In this document: piece by piece, positions 31,701 to 52,737 of the stretch
Layout of the letters: each line of letters begins with the position of its first letter
How positions within the stretch are numbered: position 1 is the first letter of the stretch
Assembly: GCA_002269645.1 (NCBI GenBank)
Contig: NIVC01000023.1
Span: forward strand, 496,001-560,000
DNA length: 64,000 nt
Reading direction: 5' to 3'
Source: Macrostomum lignano
Lineage: Eukaryota
Program-made: the position numbers and the translations under genes
Notes under the pieces: generated by a model
The model's database searches: none
The model's input: only the letters and a program-made list of their open reading frames with translations
Told to the model about the DNA's origin: nothing

Positions 31701-34700
31701 GATCAGTGACGGGGATAAGTGATGGGGATAAGTGGTGGGGATCAGTGATGGGGATCAGCGATGAGGATCAGTGATGGGGATAAGTGTTGGGGATAAGTGG
31801 TGGGGATGAGTGATGAGGATCAGTGATGGGGATAAGTGTTGGGGATCAGTGATGGGGATAAGTGATGGGGATCAGTGATGGGGATCAGCGATGAGGATCA
31901 GTGATGGGGATCAGTGACGGGAATAAGTGATGGGGATCAGTGATGGGGATCAGAGATGGGGATAAGTGATGGGGATCAGTGATGGGATCAGTGATGGGGA
32001 TCTGTGAAGGGGATCAGTGACGGGAATAAGTGATGGGGATCAGTGATGGGGATCAGAGATGGGGATAAGTGATGGGGATCAGTGAAGGGGATCAGAGATG
32101 GGGATAAGTGATGGGGATCAGTGGTGGGGATCAGTGATGGGGATCAGTGGTGGGGATAAGTGATGGGGATCAGTGGTGGGGATAAGTGATAGGGATCAAT
32201 CAGGAAAATCAGGGATGGGGATCAGGAATGGGGATCAGTGACGGGAATAAGTGATGGGGATAAGTGATGAGGATCAGTAATGGGGATCAGTGATGGGATC
32301 AGTGATGGGGATCAGTGAAGGGGATCAGTGACGGAGATCAGTGACGGGGATCAGTGATGGGGATCAGTGAAGGGGATCAGTGACGGGGATCAGTGATGAG
32401 GATCAGTGATGGGGATCAGTAATGAGGATCAGTGATGGGGATCAGTAATGAGAACCAGAATAAGCTTAGATGGAGATGACAGGTTATTGATGGGAAAAAC
32501 AAGACAGAAGTAGGTCAGCACCCACCTGCACTTCGGAGGCCATCTCAGCGAACTTCAGGACGTTCGCAGTCTCCTCGACCTCCTCGGCGTTGCGGTTGAC
32601 GCAGAGGACCATCTTGACGGAGCCGTCACCGTCAAAGAAGTTCTTAAACAGCTGCGTCATCTTGCTCTCACGGTACGGGACAATCTTAGTGGCGGCGTTG
32701 GCGCCCCCGGCGCTCACAGCTCGCTGGTTCTCCCTCAGAGCCTCGATGCACCGCTTCAGCACCAGCAGCGAGTTGTTGATGTTGGACGCCTCCCGCAGGC
32801 GGCTGCCCGCGTTGCCCGTGCGGAGCGACCGCTCGGAGCCCGCGAGGTCCACCAGGCAGAGCTGGCTGACGTGGAGGAGGCTCTTGTCCTGCAGGACGGG
32901 GTGTACTTTTATAATCACGAATGGGTTCAGGGTGTACTTTTATAATCACCAATGGGTTCAGGGTGTACTTTTATAATCACCAATGGGTTCAGGGTGTACT
33001 TTTATAATCACCAATGGGTTCATGGTGTACTTTTATAATCACCAATGGGTTCAGGGTGTACTTTTATAATCACCAATGGGTTCATGGTGTACTTTTATAA
33101 TCACCAATGGGTTCATGGTGTACTTTTATAATCACCATTGGGTTCAGGGTGTACTTTTATAATCACCAATAGGTTCAGGGTGTACTTTTATAAACACCAA
33201 TGGGTTCAGGGTGTACCTTTTGAGTTCAAGGTTTTATGAAGTGCAGAATTTCTGGGATAGGGTGCGGAATGCACTGAGTATAGTGTGCCGTTTACATAGG
33301 GTGACTCACTGGAACCATCGCACCAAGCTGTGACTCACCGGAACCATCTCTCCCAGCTTAGTGACTCACTGGAACCACCACACCCAGTTTAGTGACTCAC
33401 CGGAACCATCTCTCCCAGCTTAGTGACTCACTGGAACCATCTCTCCCAGCTTAGTGACTCACTGGAACCATCACCCCAGCTTAGTGACTCATCGGAACCA
33501 TCTCTCCCAGCTTAGTGACTCACTGGAACCATCTCTCCCAGCTTAGTGACTCATCGGAACCATCTCTCCCAGCTTAGTGACTCACTGGAACCATCTCTCC
33601 CAGCTTAGTGACTCACCGGAACCATCTCTCCCAGCTTAGTGACTCACCGGAACCATCTCTCCCAGCTTAGTGACTCACTGGAACCATCACACCCAGCTTA
33701 GTGACTCACTGGAACCATCACACCCAGCTTAGTGACTCACCGGAACCATCACACCCAGCTTAGTGACTCACTGGAACCATCACATCCAGCTTAGTGACTC
33801 ACTAGAACCATCACACCCAGCTTAGTGACTCACTGGAACCATCACACCCAGCTTAGTGACTCACCGGAACCATCACACCCAGCTTAGTGACTCACCGGAA
33901 CCATCACACCCAGCTTAGTGACTCACCGGAACCATCTCTCCCAGCCGGCAGTCGTAGCAGCCCCGCACCAGCCTGATGGTGAACACCGAGTGAGATCGCG
34001 AGCTCTCAGCATTCAGCGCTGTCTGGGCCACCTGCCTCCTGGCGCAGCCTTTCAGGAAGACGGCGAAGGCCTCGTCACCGGAGCGGCACTCGACCTCGAG
34101 GGCGCCGCTCACGTACATGTTCCTCCTGGCGTCCTCACGCAGGGCTCGGGACGTCGGCTCCGCCCGCAGCACCTGGCCGGGGACTCCGAAATCCTCGAGC
34201 AGGTCGTAGGCGAGCTTGTTGTAAATTTCCACGTAGCTCACGAAGACCGCGCAGCCGAAGGCGTCGCCCTCCAGCTCGCCGAGAGGGACTCGAGCGCTCT
34301 CGCGAATGCGGGAGGCCGCCTGGGTGAAGGGGAGGATGGGGAGAGTGAGGCTGCTGACAATAGCGAGTGAGGCTGCTGACAGAAGCGAGTGAGGCTGCTG
34401 ACAGAAGCGAGTGAGGCTGCTGACAGTAGCGAGTGAGGCTGCTGACAGAAGCGAGTGAGGCTGCTGACAGAAGCGAGTGAGGCTGCTGACAGAAGCGAGT
34501 GAGGCTGCTGACAATAGCGAGTGAGGCTGCTGACAGTAGCGAGTGAGGCTGCTGACAATAGCGAGTGAGGCTGCTGACAGCAGTGGTGTGATTGGAAAGT
34601 TTGCCAAATTTCGCGCCGACTGAAAATTTTCGCGCCATGCCAATAATATTCTACTGACAGCCAAATAAGTCAATTGATGACACTTTTGAAGATGCGTCTG

Positions 34701-36586
34701 GCTACCAATTAGCATGTCTCTTAAGTCACAGCCGTGTCCCCCCTGAACTTCTTGTTGGCGATGTCTGCAGGCAGACGACTGCTCGTGCTGGTGATTGACG
34801 ACGTTGACAGCAGCTCAGCAGCCTTGCGCTTCAAGACGAGCTCAGCTAGCTTCTCTGCCTCCTTCTGCTTCTTCTTCTGCACATTCTGCTGCTGACGCCT
34901 GAGATTGAACTCAGTTTGTTAGATTAATCTCCTAAGCTATGACATACTTGTTTTTCATACTGTCTGACAAGAGAATAAGTGTAAAAAGCAGAAAATAAGA
35001 ATGCAATTTTCGCGCCCATGGTTCCACAAAATTTCGCGCCAGACCCCCAGGATTCGCGCATTCGCGCCATTTTCGCGCCTGGCGCGAATTCGCGCCTGAA
35101 TCACACCACTGGCTGACAGTAGCGAGTGAGGCTGCTGACAATAGCGAGTGAGGCTGCTGACAGTAGCAAGTAAGGCTGCTGACAGAAGCGAGTGAGGCTG
35201 CTGACAATAGCGAGTGAGGCTGCTGACAGAAGCGAGTGAGGCTGCTGACAGTAGCGAGTGAGGCTGTTGACAGAAGCGAGTGAGGCTGTTGACAGAAGCG
35301 AGTGAGGCTGCTGACAGTAGCAAGTGAGGCTGCTGACAATAGCGAGTGACCCTGCTGACAGTAGCGAGTGAGGCTGCTGACAGTAGCGAGTGAGAATGTT
35401 AACAGAAGCGAGTATTGAATAAAGCTCTCAATTGAACGAAAGTCTCCAACTGATGAAGCACAAACGAACCTCAGCTTCCAGCTGCCTCCAGCCGCCGTGC
35501 CGTCTCTCCAGCTCCACCCGCTGCCGCTCCATCATGGCCTCAGCCTCGCTGTGAATGTCGAAGCCGTTGCACCTGTCGGGCTGAATGACGAACTTCTTGG
35601 CCAGTCGGGAGCCCACAGAGTTGAACAGGGAGTCCAGGCACCGGGGCAGCAGGCCGGGATTGTCCGGATGGCCCTGCATGGTGAAGCTCTTGCCACTGCC
35701 AGTCACTCCGTAGGTGAACAGCAGGCCGTTGCGGCCCTGCACCAGCTCCTCCACCAGCGGCAGGCCGGCGCTGCTGAACACCTCCGACTGCTTCGAGGCA
35801 TCGTCGAACACGCGAGTGAAAGTGTACTCGGTGGACCTGCAGTTGAGTTTTTTATTTGTGTTGGCAGCGAAATTAAAAAATTTCTATTGTCAGTAGCAAA
35901 ATTAGCGCATTTCTACTGTTAGTAGCAAAATTAGCGCATTTCTACTGTCAGTAGCAAAATTAGCGCATTTCTACTGTCAGTAGCAAAATTAGCGCATTTC
36001 TACTGTCAGTAGCAAAATCAACGCATTTTTACTGTCAGTAGCAAAATTAGCGCATTTCTACTGTTGGTAGTAAATTTAGCGCATTTCTACTGTTAGTAGC
36101 AAATTTAGCGCATTTCTACTGTTAGTAGCAAATTAGCGCATTTCTACTGTCAGTTGCAAAATCAACGCATTTCTACTGTCAGTAACAAAATCAGCGCATT
36201 TCTACTGTCAGTAGCAAAATCAGCGCATTTCTTTCAATCAGTAGCAAAACAAGCACATATTGACAAATCAGTAGAAACAACAAAATATCCTATATACTTA
36301 TACACTATTGTCATAAAAAATATTACATTTCGCAACAGTTAAAAAACATGTCTCTACACACTATATTTATAATTGCAGAGAAAAATTCATAATAAAAACC
36401 GTTTCAAGGCAAATACCTCATAGCACTTGTCCGCTCGAGCACTACTGTTCGATCATCCTTGACCGTCAGGCAGTCTTCAAAGTCAGTAGACAATGGCGGC
36501 GGTTTAATACGGCAGAATACTTCGACAGCTTCGCATGGTTGCGAATTAATACGACAGAGCTTCCGACCGGGTGTTCGGCTAAGCAT
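28766..36586 (-). CDS. KIF23: Kinesin-6 KIF23/MKLP1/pavarotti-like, ~850 aa; exons 36586-36417, 35836-35470, 34319-33927, 32888-32526, 31575-31069, 30112-29636, 29041-28766
   Basis: Motor motifs: VEVFCRIKP, P-loop YGVTGSGKS, VSYVEIY, switch I NAESSRSH, LVDLAGSER, VPYRESKMT. It has the kinesin-6 insert, a coiled coil, and the C-terminal MKLP1 tail (RRSRSAG..VDH; YVLTHQ...KGSVTPTAGGGSAVRFNDIEML). All junctions are in phase. Confidence 0.93.
29146..29550. repeat. 26-bp minisatellite (ATGACCCTAGACTAAAAGGTCACGCA)n in KIF23 intron 6
   Basis: About 14 units. Confidence 0.95.
30150..31086. repeat. Two related arrays in KIF23 intron 5: 31-bp unit (30150-30570) and 52-bp exon/donor-derived unit (30575-31086)
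   Basis: Both share the core CTGCTGCCCCAGCATC. Confidence 0.93.
31602..32452. repeat. 13-bp G-rich minisatellite (GATGGGGATCAGT)n in KIF23 intron 4
   Basis: About 60 units. Confidence 0.95.
32899..33215. repeat. 31-bp minisatellite (GGGTGTACTTTTATAATCACCAATGGGTTCA)n abutting the KIF23 exon 4 acceptor
   Basis: About 10 units. Confidence 0.95.
33300..33945. repeat. 31-bp exon/donor-derived minisatellite (TTAGTGACTCACCGGAACCATCTCTCCCAGC)n in KIF23 intron 3
   Basis: About 20 units; the terminal unit is the real exon 3 end. Confidence 0.95.
34343..35415. repeat. 22-bp minisatellite (GCTGCTGACAGAAGCGAGTGAG)n in KIF23 intron 2, split by the hAT element
   Basis: Arrays at 34343-34580 and 35112-35415. 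Confidence 0.93.
34581..35111. mobile_element. hAT-type element (13-bp TIR, 8-bp TSD GCTGACAG) inside a KIF23 intron-2 minisatellite, carrying an orphan exon-like segment
   Basis: CAGTGGTGTGATT (34581-34593) and AATCACACCACTG (35099-35111), TSD at 34573-34580 and 35112-35119, subterminal TTCGCGC repeats. Confidence 0.85.
35880..36250. repeat. 29-bp minisatellite (TTTCTACTGTCAGTAGCAAAATTAGCGCA)n in KIF23 intron 1
   Basis: About 12 units. Confidence 0.92.
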
Positions 36587-37534
36587 TGCACTGATGGTAC
36601 GGGTCGTGCTAGTTAATTGAGAGCTGGCCAAGGATCAGGCTGTGCTGATGGCATGAATTAGATTTAGAGAGTGTATTATGGGTGACGCAGGTTTGCCTTT
36701 GCACTACTCTTAGTAGTTTAAGCTCTCATGGGGTTGGTGACCCTGTTTTATTATTCAATTTTATGAACAATAACTACAATGAACGAATAGCAGGAAACAA
36801 ATTTAATTCACTAAAAGCCAAAAAAAGAATAAATTAGTAGCCTAGAAGACAACAGCAACAGGAATAAAGTTTTCAGACAAAATATTTTTATCATAGAATT
36901 ATAACTAGTTAAAATTACTTTGTTACAGACATAAATACTAAATAATTGTTAAACTCTTTTTTGGTGCTAGCCATTTTGTAAACTAAGTTTTTGCATTGGT
37001 TATCTTGTCAGCCAGTCAATGAAGTTATCTCAAACCTTGGTCACTTTGTCAACTGCCAATAAAATACCATATGCAGCTGCAAAAACTGAAACTGAACCCT
37101 CATGCAATGACTAAAGCAACTAGCCAATGAATATTCATATTTTTCTGCAAAATCTGCTGGCTTTGATGCATCTCTGATTATTATTAACAAAATAATGCAC
37201 TCATGTATTTAAAACAGCATGATAGGGTAAATATTTAGTTACAAAATTGCATTTAGATGGGATGACTGACCCATGTGGATGCATATATGGTTCTATAATA
37301 TGAAGAAGACCATAGGCATGGAGCTTATGGGTTAGAATTAGATTTGAGTATAGTGCATAGATGACACATTTTCATAAAACATTTACATTTGAGCATTTCA
37401 CCTATGCATAAACAGTAATACTGGTAAAGTTGAATGCTAAAGAGGATATGAACTTAAGAGTCAAAATAGTCAAACATGGGTCCCAAATTCTCTATGCCAA
37501 TCCCTTTATTTGGAGCCAAATAGGGCCCTAGCTA

Positions 37535-37900
37535 TTTTTATTAGAGGCAGGGGGTTGTGTGCACCCTGGCACACTTTAAGCGACATAGGCACACAACTGG
37601 TGAGAGGCATTACTGCCCATTCCGCTGACTCCCCTGAGCAGGCATACAAGCGCGCAGATACATACGCAGGCACACAATCACACAGGAATGTACAGCGGCC
37701 CTAACTTTATATTAACGTTAGGCATATACACTTCACTGCGCCTTGGGGGGGTTGGCTCTTAAGGCCGTTAATTGCACAAGCAGAGCCAAGCTGAGATTCC
37801 AATTCAGCCCCAAATTAATGTGACTAGGCCTATACTTGGAATCGAGCCTGGGTTGCTAGCACACCAGAGCAGCTGCGCTACTGCTGGGTTACGGCCCCTC
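37535..37900 (-). mobile_element. tRNA-derived SINE insertion, 366 bp, 14-bp TSD TAGGGCCCTAGCTA
   Basis: TSD at 37521-37534 and 37901-37914. The minus strand begins GAGGGGCCGTAACCCAGCAG (A-box-like), carries GGCTCGATTCC (B-box-like), and ends in AATAAAAA. Confidence 0.7.
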
Positions 37901-38958
37901 TAGGGCCCTAGCTACGTTGCCTTCACCATTCACAAACCCTAAATTTCACAACGTTGCAAGACACAAATTTTTACAAAGGCATTTACAAAGTTATATTTAG
38001 TGCATAAAAAGTAGTAGACAAAGCTATTTGAAAATAGGTGCAAGTATCTTCCAGTTTCTATAGTGAAAGATAAAACATTTTGAGGCAAAGGGTAGGGCCT
38101 AGTGGTTAAGAGATGATGGGAATACAAATAAAAATATTAATCAAATGTTATAGTGCTATTTCAGAGAATTTAGGTACCAGAACTTTGCATAATTGCAAGT
38201 TGTTATAAAGAAGTAATAGACATAAGATTCATTTTGTTATTGAAAAAAGATTGATATAATTTTTGTAACATAAAAATGGTCCTTTATTGTCAGTGCAAAA
38301 GTAAGGTTGCATAATTTTTAAATTTTGGGATATATAACAAAATCACATTTCCTATTTTTGGTATAGGCCCTACTTGGTATGCACCTGAAATTTTGTCCAA
38401 AAAACTCAAGTACAATCAAACTCTAGTAGCAATGCATCACAATTCTAGAATTTGTATAAAGAATGTTGTAATTATAATACTTGCCAAGCATTTTGTCAAT
38501 TTAATCCTAGACTTCTAAGCCAAGATCCTAGGGCCTAGGCCTACTCCTAGTCCTAGGCGAATAGGAAGCCAAGAAAAATAGAATAGAAGCAAAAATATTA
38601 TACTGTAAATGTATATGTGCTTCATATACATGATCTGTGATATTAGTCAAGGGTAACAGATGCGTTGCCTAAGGGGGGGGGCATATTTAGACAAAAATGA
38701 GTCAAGACCAACTGTACTATATGTATATCTGCATAGGGCCTATTTTAAAGTCATCTAACTTGCAACTACATTATAGGCTATCCTAGCTAATAGTGGCTAT
38801 CATGCAGAGTTGTTCATTAAACTCACTGTAGGCCTATGCATATTTTTTTAACTAGGCCTAGGCCTATTGATATGAAACTTTCTAAAAATGAATATTTTCA
38901 TTATGCCAACAATTTATAAGTGTTTTGGCATTAAAATTCCATTGCAGGGGGTTGCAAT

Positions 38959-39351
38959 TAGAGGTCAGACGGGATCCCAATCCTGATCCCGAAATCTCAG
39001 GATCCCAAGGAAAATTGAATTCCCGTGGGACCAGAATCCTAACCCTAAAAAACTCGAGATTTGGGAACAGGTCTTTTGATTAAAAATTTATAGAATAAGT
39101 GATTAATTGAAGGTATTTTGCTTTAACTTGTACTTGTTATATTATTTACTTTTTTGGTTACAAAACTTCATATCAATTTTGTTGTGTTTTACTTCTTGAT
39201 CTTGACAATCTTTTCTCAATTTTGTTTAACTTTACATGGACAATACACTAAAAGACCTGATCCTGATTCTCGAATCCCGATCCCGATCCCGAGAAAAAAA
39301 TTATTCCCAATCCCAATCCCGCCCGAAGATTTCAATCCCGTCCGACCTCTA
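38959..39351. mobile_element. hAT-type MITE, copy 2 (8-bp TSD GTTGCAAT)
   Basis: Same family as 18919-19299 with a nearly colinear internal sequence. TSD at 38951-38958 and 39352-39359. Confidence 0.9.
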
Positions 39352-40109
39352 GTTGCAATTTAACTTTTATTACAATTTCTAGGTTTTTTTTCAAATTTTA
39401 ATGATTATTGTCATTGATATTAGGCCTAATTAATACTATTAACAATTCTGCAATTATTAACTTGTGTGCTAGTGCTATGCTAATGTCATGTAATAGGGGC
39501 CTACCTTAAGAGCTTCGCCTTCACCTAGGCTTTGAACTAACAAATATTTAATTAAATCATGCAAAAGCAAAATTAAGCAAAATCATGCATGCAATATTTT
39601 ATTGCAAAACACTTCTAAAATGTTGGCAGGCCTAATGAAAACTATTCATTTTTGGAAAGTTTTATGTCAATGCTAAAAAATGTGCATAGGCCTACAGCAA
39701 GTTGAACGAACAATTCTGCAAGATAGCCCCTACCCTATATAATAAGCAAAGTCATAGGCAATTGAATTTTATAATGATGGAAAAATCAAATAAGTAAGTA
39801 GGCCTAGGCCTATAAGGGAATCTCTTCGGTCTCAACATAAATCAGTAGGCCTAGGCCTAGGCCTAGCAAATTAGCCATTAGGCCTAGGCCTAGGTCTAGG
39901 ACTAGGAGTCTAAGATAAGATGTACGTCTAAGACTAAACTCTAAGGAGTGTATATGGCAGCCAATTAGCACATGACAGGAAATTATGGATTGCAATAGCA
40001 ATTTGTATAGGCCTAAGCCTTATTAGGAGGCTTTTTAAGACTAAAAGTCAAGTCTACATTGGCAATCTTTCAGTTTCCCACTCTAAATTATTTAAATGCT
40101 TTTTTCAAA

Positions 40110-40375
40110 CTTAACACATTGGCCAATCATCTGACTGTCAACCACTCGTTGCACTTCTGGGACACTAACAACCCAGCGGCTCACATAAATAGGCCTACTA
40201 TCAGGGGAATGTGGGCCCGTGGGGGAATTGTAAAGCCAAATTTCGAGCAATGCATGGAACAAGTGACAACCTGTTTGAAACTTACTTGCAGGAGTTCATG
40301 TGGCGTCGAGCTTTCCCTGAACATCACTTTGGCAACATCCTATACTGGATCACCCACTACTATCCTGTCAAATAA
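40110..40375 (+). pseudogene. Merlin (IS1016/IS1595-like) transposase C-terminal relic, frameshifted
   Basis: HLTVNHSLHF...AHIN..TIRGMW in one frame, then KFRAMHGTSDNLFETYLQEFMWRR...FGNILYWITHYYP* in another. These match the Merlin VNHS, HTN.IE..W and YL.EF.WR motifs. Confidence 0.75.
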
Positions 40376-41791
40376 TAATTAGCCTAACTTGATATTTTAC
40401 TTACCTGAACTTTACCTGAACGTATGCTTTTGCTTCTGTGCTTCTGTGACTGAAAAGTTTGAAAAAACGTTAAAATAATTTACAGCAATAAAAAAACGAA
40501 AGATTGCCTCTACACCTTTTCTTTTCTTTGTCTTAGATAAATTACTACTAAATTTTGGGTATTTGACTAGGCATAGGCCTACAGCGTCACGAAACTCGAT
40601 AGAAATTAGTGGAAATGGATCAAGGACGACAATGACAGTATTACATGAGGAGCGACACTTTAACTCAGCACAGTTTGCACACACAGCAAACATAGGCCAA
40701 GGCCTAATTGAGAGCTCATGCTCACGCACGAGCACGCACGCACGTGTAATGTATACTTGAAAAAACAATTTATTTTCTTAACTAAAATGACGACTTTTAT
40801 GTACTAAATTATAACACAATACGAACCTCAACTAACCCGAATAAAATTTTATGTTTTTTATTTTGCCTAAAAATGCTACATATTAAAGCCTTATTTATAA
40901 ATTATTAATATTTAAGAACTTCAGTTTTTCAATATATTGTGCAATACATGTGACGCTTTCACAAATCAAGTTCACCGTTTTCTATAAAAGAGCAAAATAA
41001 TTTCTAATGTGTTGTGCGTCTGAAAAATATTAGCTAAATTTAATAAGTACCTTGAATTCGTATTTTTGCTTGCTAAAGGTATAAAATTAAGGCAAACGTA
41101 TTCATTTATAATTATTTTTTATTCTTCATTTTCCATAGCATAGGTGGCAACACTGCACTGGCGAAATTTCTGAATTTGTGAATTTTCATTTTCATAGAAA
41201 CTATTTAGACTTATAGTTTTTAAACCATAGGTAATTAATTATAGTTCATATATTACCCTAAATAATTTTAAAGCTAGTTGTACTTTTAAATTCTCCCCTA
41301 GTGCCATTGTTTTTTTCTTTATTTTAAAGTCAATGTAGCAGCTTTATTTAGGCTTTATCTTTTAATTGTATAAACAAAATTTTATGTTTGTTTTTGTAAA
41401 TATTATTTTGAATTCATTGCTTATTGTAATTTAAACTAATATAACAAAGAAGATTTTGCTAGGCCCTAATAAAATTCCTAACTAGGCCTATCTGTATCAT
41501 TAGGCCTATCAGTTTTTATATTATTTATAGTTAAAATAAGTAAAAAATGTTGCTCTAAATTAAAATTAGTTTTATTTTTTATTGTAAGGGCCATTTTTTA
41601 ATGAAATACAACTGTTTATAGTATAATGTTTTTTATTTAATTTGGCGATTTGCTAACTTTAAAAACATATTTGATTTGTTTTCTAATAATTAATTTATAT
41701 CAGTATGCTATTCTAGGATGTATAATGAATGAATTATATATCATATTAATCTATGCTTTTTGCAGCAATCTACTTTCATATAGTTGAAGAA

Positions 41792-51004
<9,213 letters not shown>

Positions 51005-51044
51005 AACAGCTTTTTATGTGTTTTTATGGATATTGTATCGGAGA

Positions 51045-51124
51045 TACTGGCGGATCCAGGGGGCATGATGCCGAGAAGGTCAGTTGACCCCCCCCCCTCG
51101 AGAAAGATCCTAGATCCGCCCTTG
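51045..51124. mobile_element. Possible 80-bp mini-MITE downstream of the RIOK3 stop
   Basis: GGCGGATCCAGG ... CCTAGATCCGCC imperfect inverted termini; no TSD found. Confidence 0.35.
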
Positions 51125-51859
51125 CGAAGAAACTATAATAACTTGTTGAGCAACTTTGACATTACAATTTCTCTACTTTCAATTGATTCAGCTTGGCCAA
51201 GTCTGTTTAGATCTAGAATTCGTGTTAGCAATTAAAATGCCTTGTTATTGGTGCAGTTATAATGTACATATGGTGCAGAAGTACAGGAAGGCAATAAAAA
51301 TGTTTGGAGGGGTAGCGGCAGTGGGGTTAGAGATTTTGTGCGGAAAGACGCGGTTGGTGGTTCATCTGGGGAGGATTTGAGGGCCAATAGATAAGTATTC
51401 TATTTAATTCACTAACTTAAATGAGATAAGCTTACACGAAAAATGTTTTTATTGGCCAACCGAGTAATTATGATAGCTCGCATATGTGGTTCTTACTAAG
51501 AAACTTATTTACTATTAAGCAACTTTATTAACTTCTAATGGAGCTCCAGTTTATTATTTAAAATTATTCATGTTGCCAGTAGTTAAGTAAATGATTTGTG
51601 TACATTACTATTAATAAATATATACTCGCTCGTCTAAGGAAATAATTTATCTACATATTTGTCTTGCTTTCTATCTGTTTTTATCCACTAATTGATTTTA
51701 ACGCTCGACGGTTTATTTTGAAAGTACTTCAACAAACCGAAAAAAATCAATAATAAATTGGCTCAGCCGCTCAGATAGCAACGCAGAGAAATTTCCTGTT
51801 CTATTTTTTTAAATCGGAAACGCTTGGATTCCAAACAGCTAAACCCTCTTCACTCAGAC

Positions 51860-52228
51860 TCTCTCAATGTACACCGGCTCTGGCCAAACCCCCATCGCTT
51901 CTCCGCTCAGCCCCTCAATGTGCACCCGGCTCTGGCCAAACCCCCGTCGCTTCTTCGCCAAGTCCCTCTCAATGTACACTTGGCTCTGGCCAAACCCCCG
52001 TCGCTTCTCCGCTCAGCCCCTCTCAATGTACACCGGCTCTGGCCAAACTCCCGTCGCTTCTCCGCTCAGCCCCTCAATGTGCACCCGGCTCTGGCCAAAC
52101 CCCCGTCGCTTCTTCGCCAAGCCAATCTCAATGTACATCCGGTTCTGCCCAAACCCCCGTCACTTCTCCGCCCAGCCCCTCTCAATGCACACCCGGCTCT
52201 GGCCAAACCCCCGTCGCTTCTCCGCTCC
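51860..52228. repeat. Minisatellite of about 55 bp upstream of AK3 (CAATGTACAC core family)
   Basis: About 6 units. Confidence 0.88.
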
Positions 52229-52737
52229 AGCCACGCAATTTTTTTAACTCGTAGATTTGTTTTATATCACTTAGTGTCTCCATATGTATGCACATCAATT
52301 AAGATATTTTCTCATTTTCAAAATTACCCATACAAAACATAAGAAGTAAATATTTTTGCTGACTATGTATATTTTACTTTAATATCGAGGATTTTAATTT
52401 TGTCACATTTTAAATGAATTTTCTGCTGTGCCTTGTTTGCAGTTGATTCCAAATGTACGCCAGTCAGTCATTCTGTCAGTCAATTAACTGAAATATCACT
52501 AAAAATATACCAAATATGCATTGATTTTGTGATGGGCATATTTTTCACTATAGTGATTTGATATGATCTTTTGCAGTAACAAAGGATTTTTTCTCTCATT
52601 TTCGTCATAGATTGACTTATTACATTAGGATTACATTATAATCTTCCTATGTTTTAGTAGTCCTACTACTGCTTCTGTCCCATCACTCTATGTACATGTG
52701 TTTTTCAGCGCAATTACAAGATCCTAATTTGATCCTC

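Noticed and set aside
37820-37900. tRNA gene candidates (here and at 10520-10584)
   Set aside because: A/B boxes are present but there is no complete cloverleaf, and both continue into SINE bodies; treated as SINE heads.
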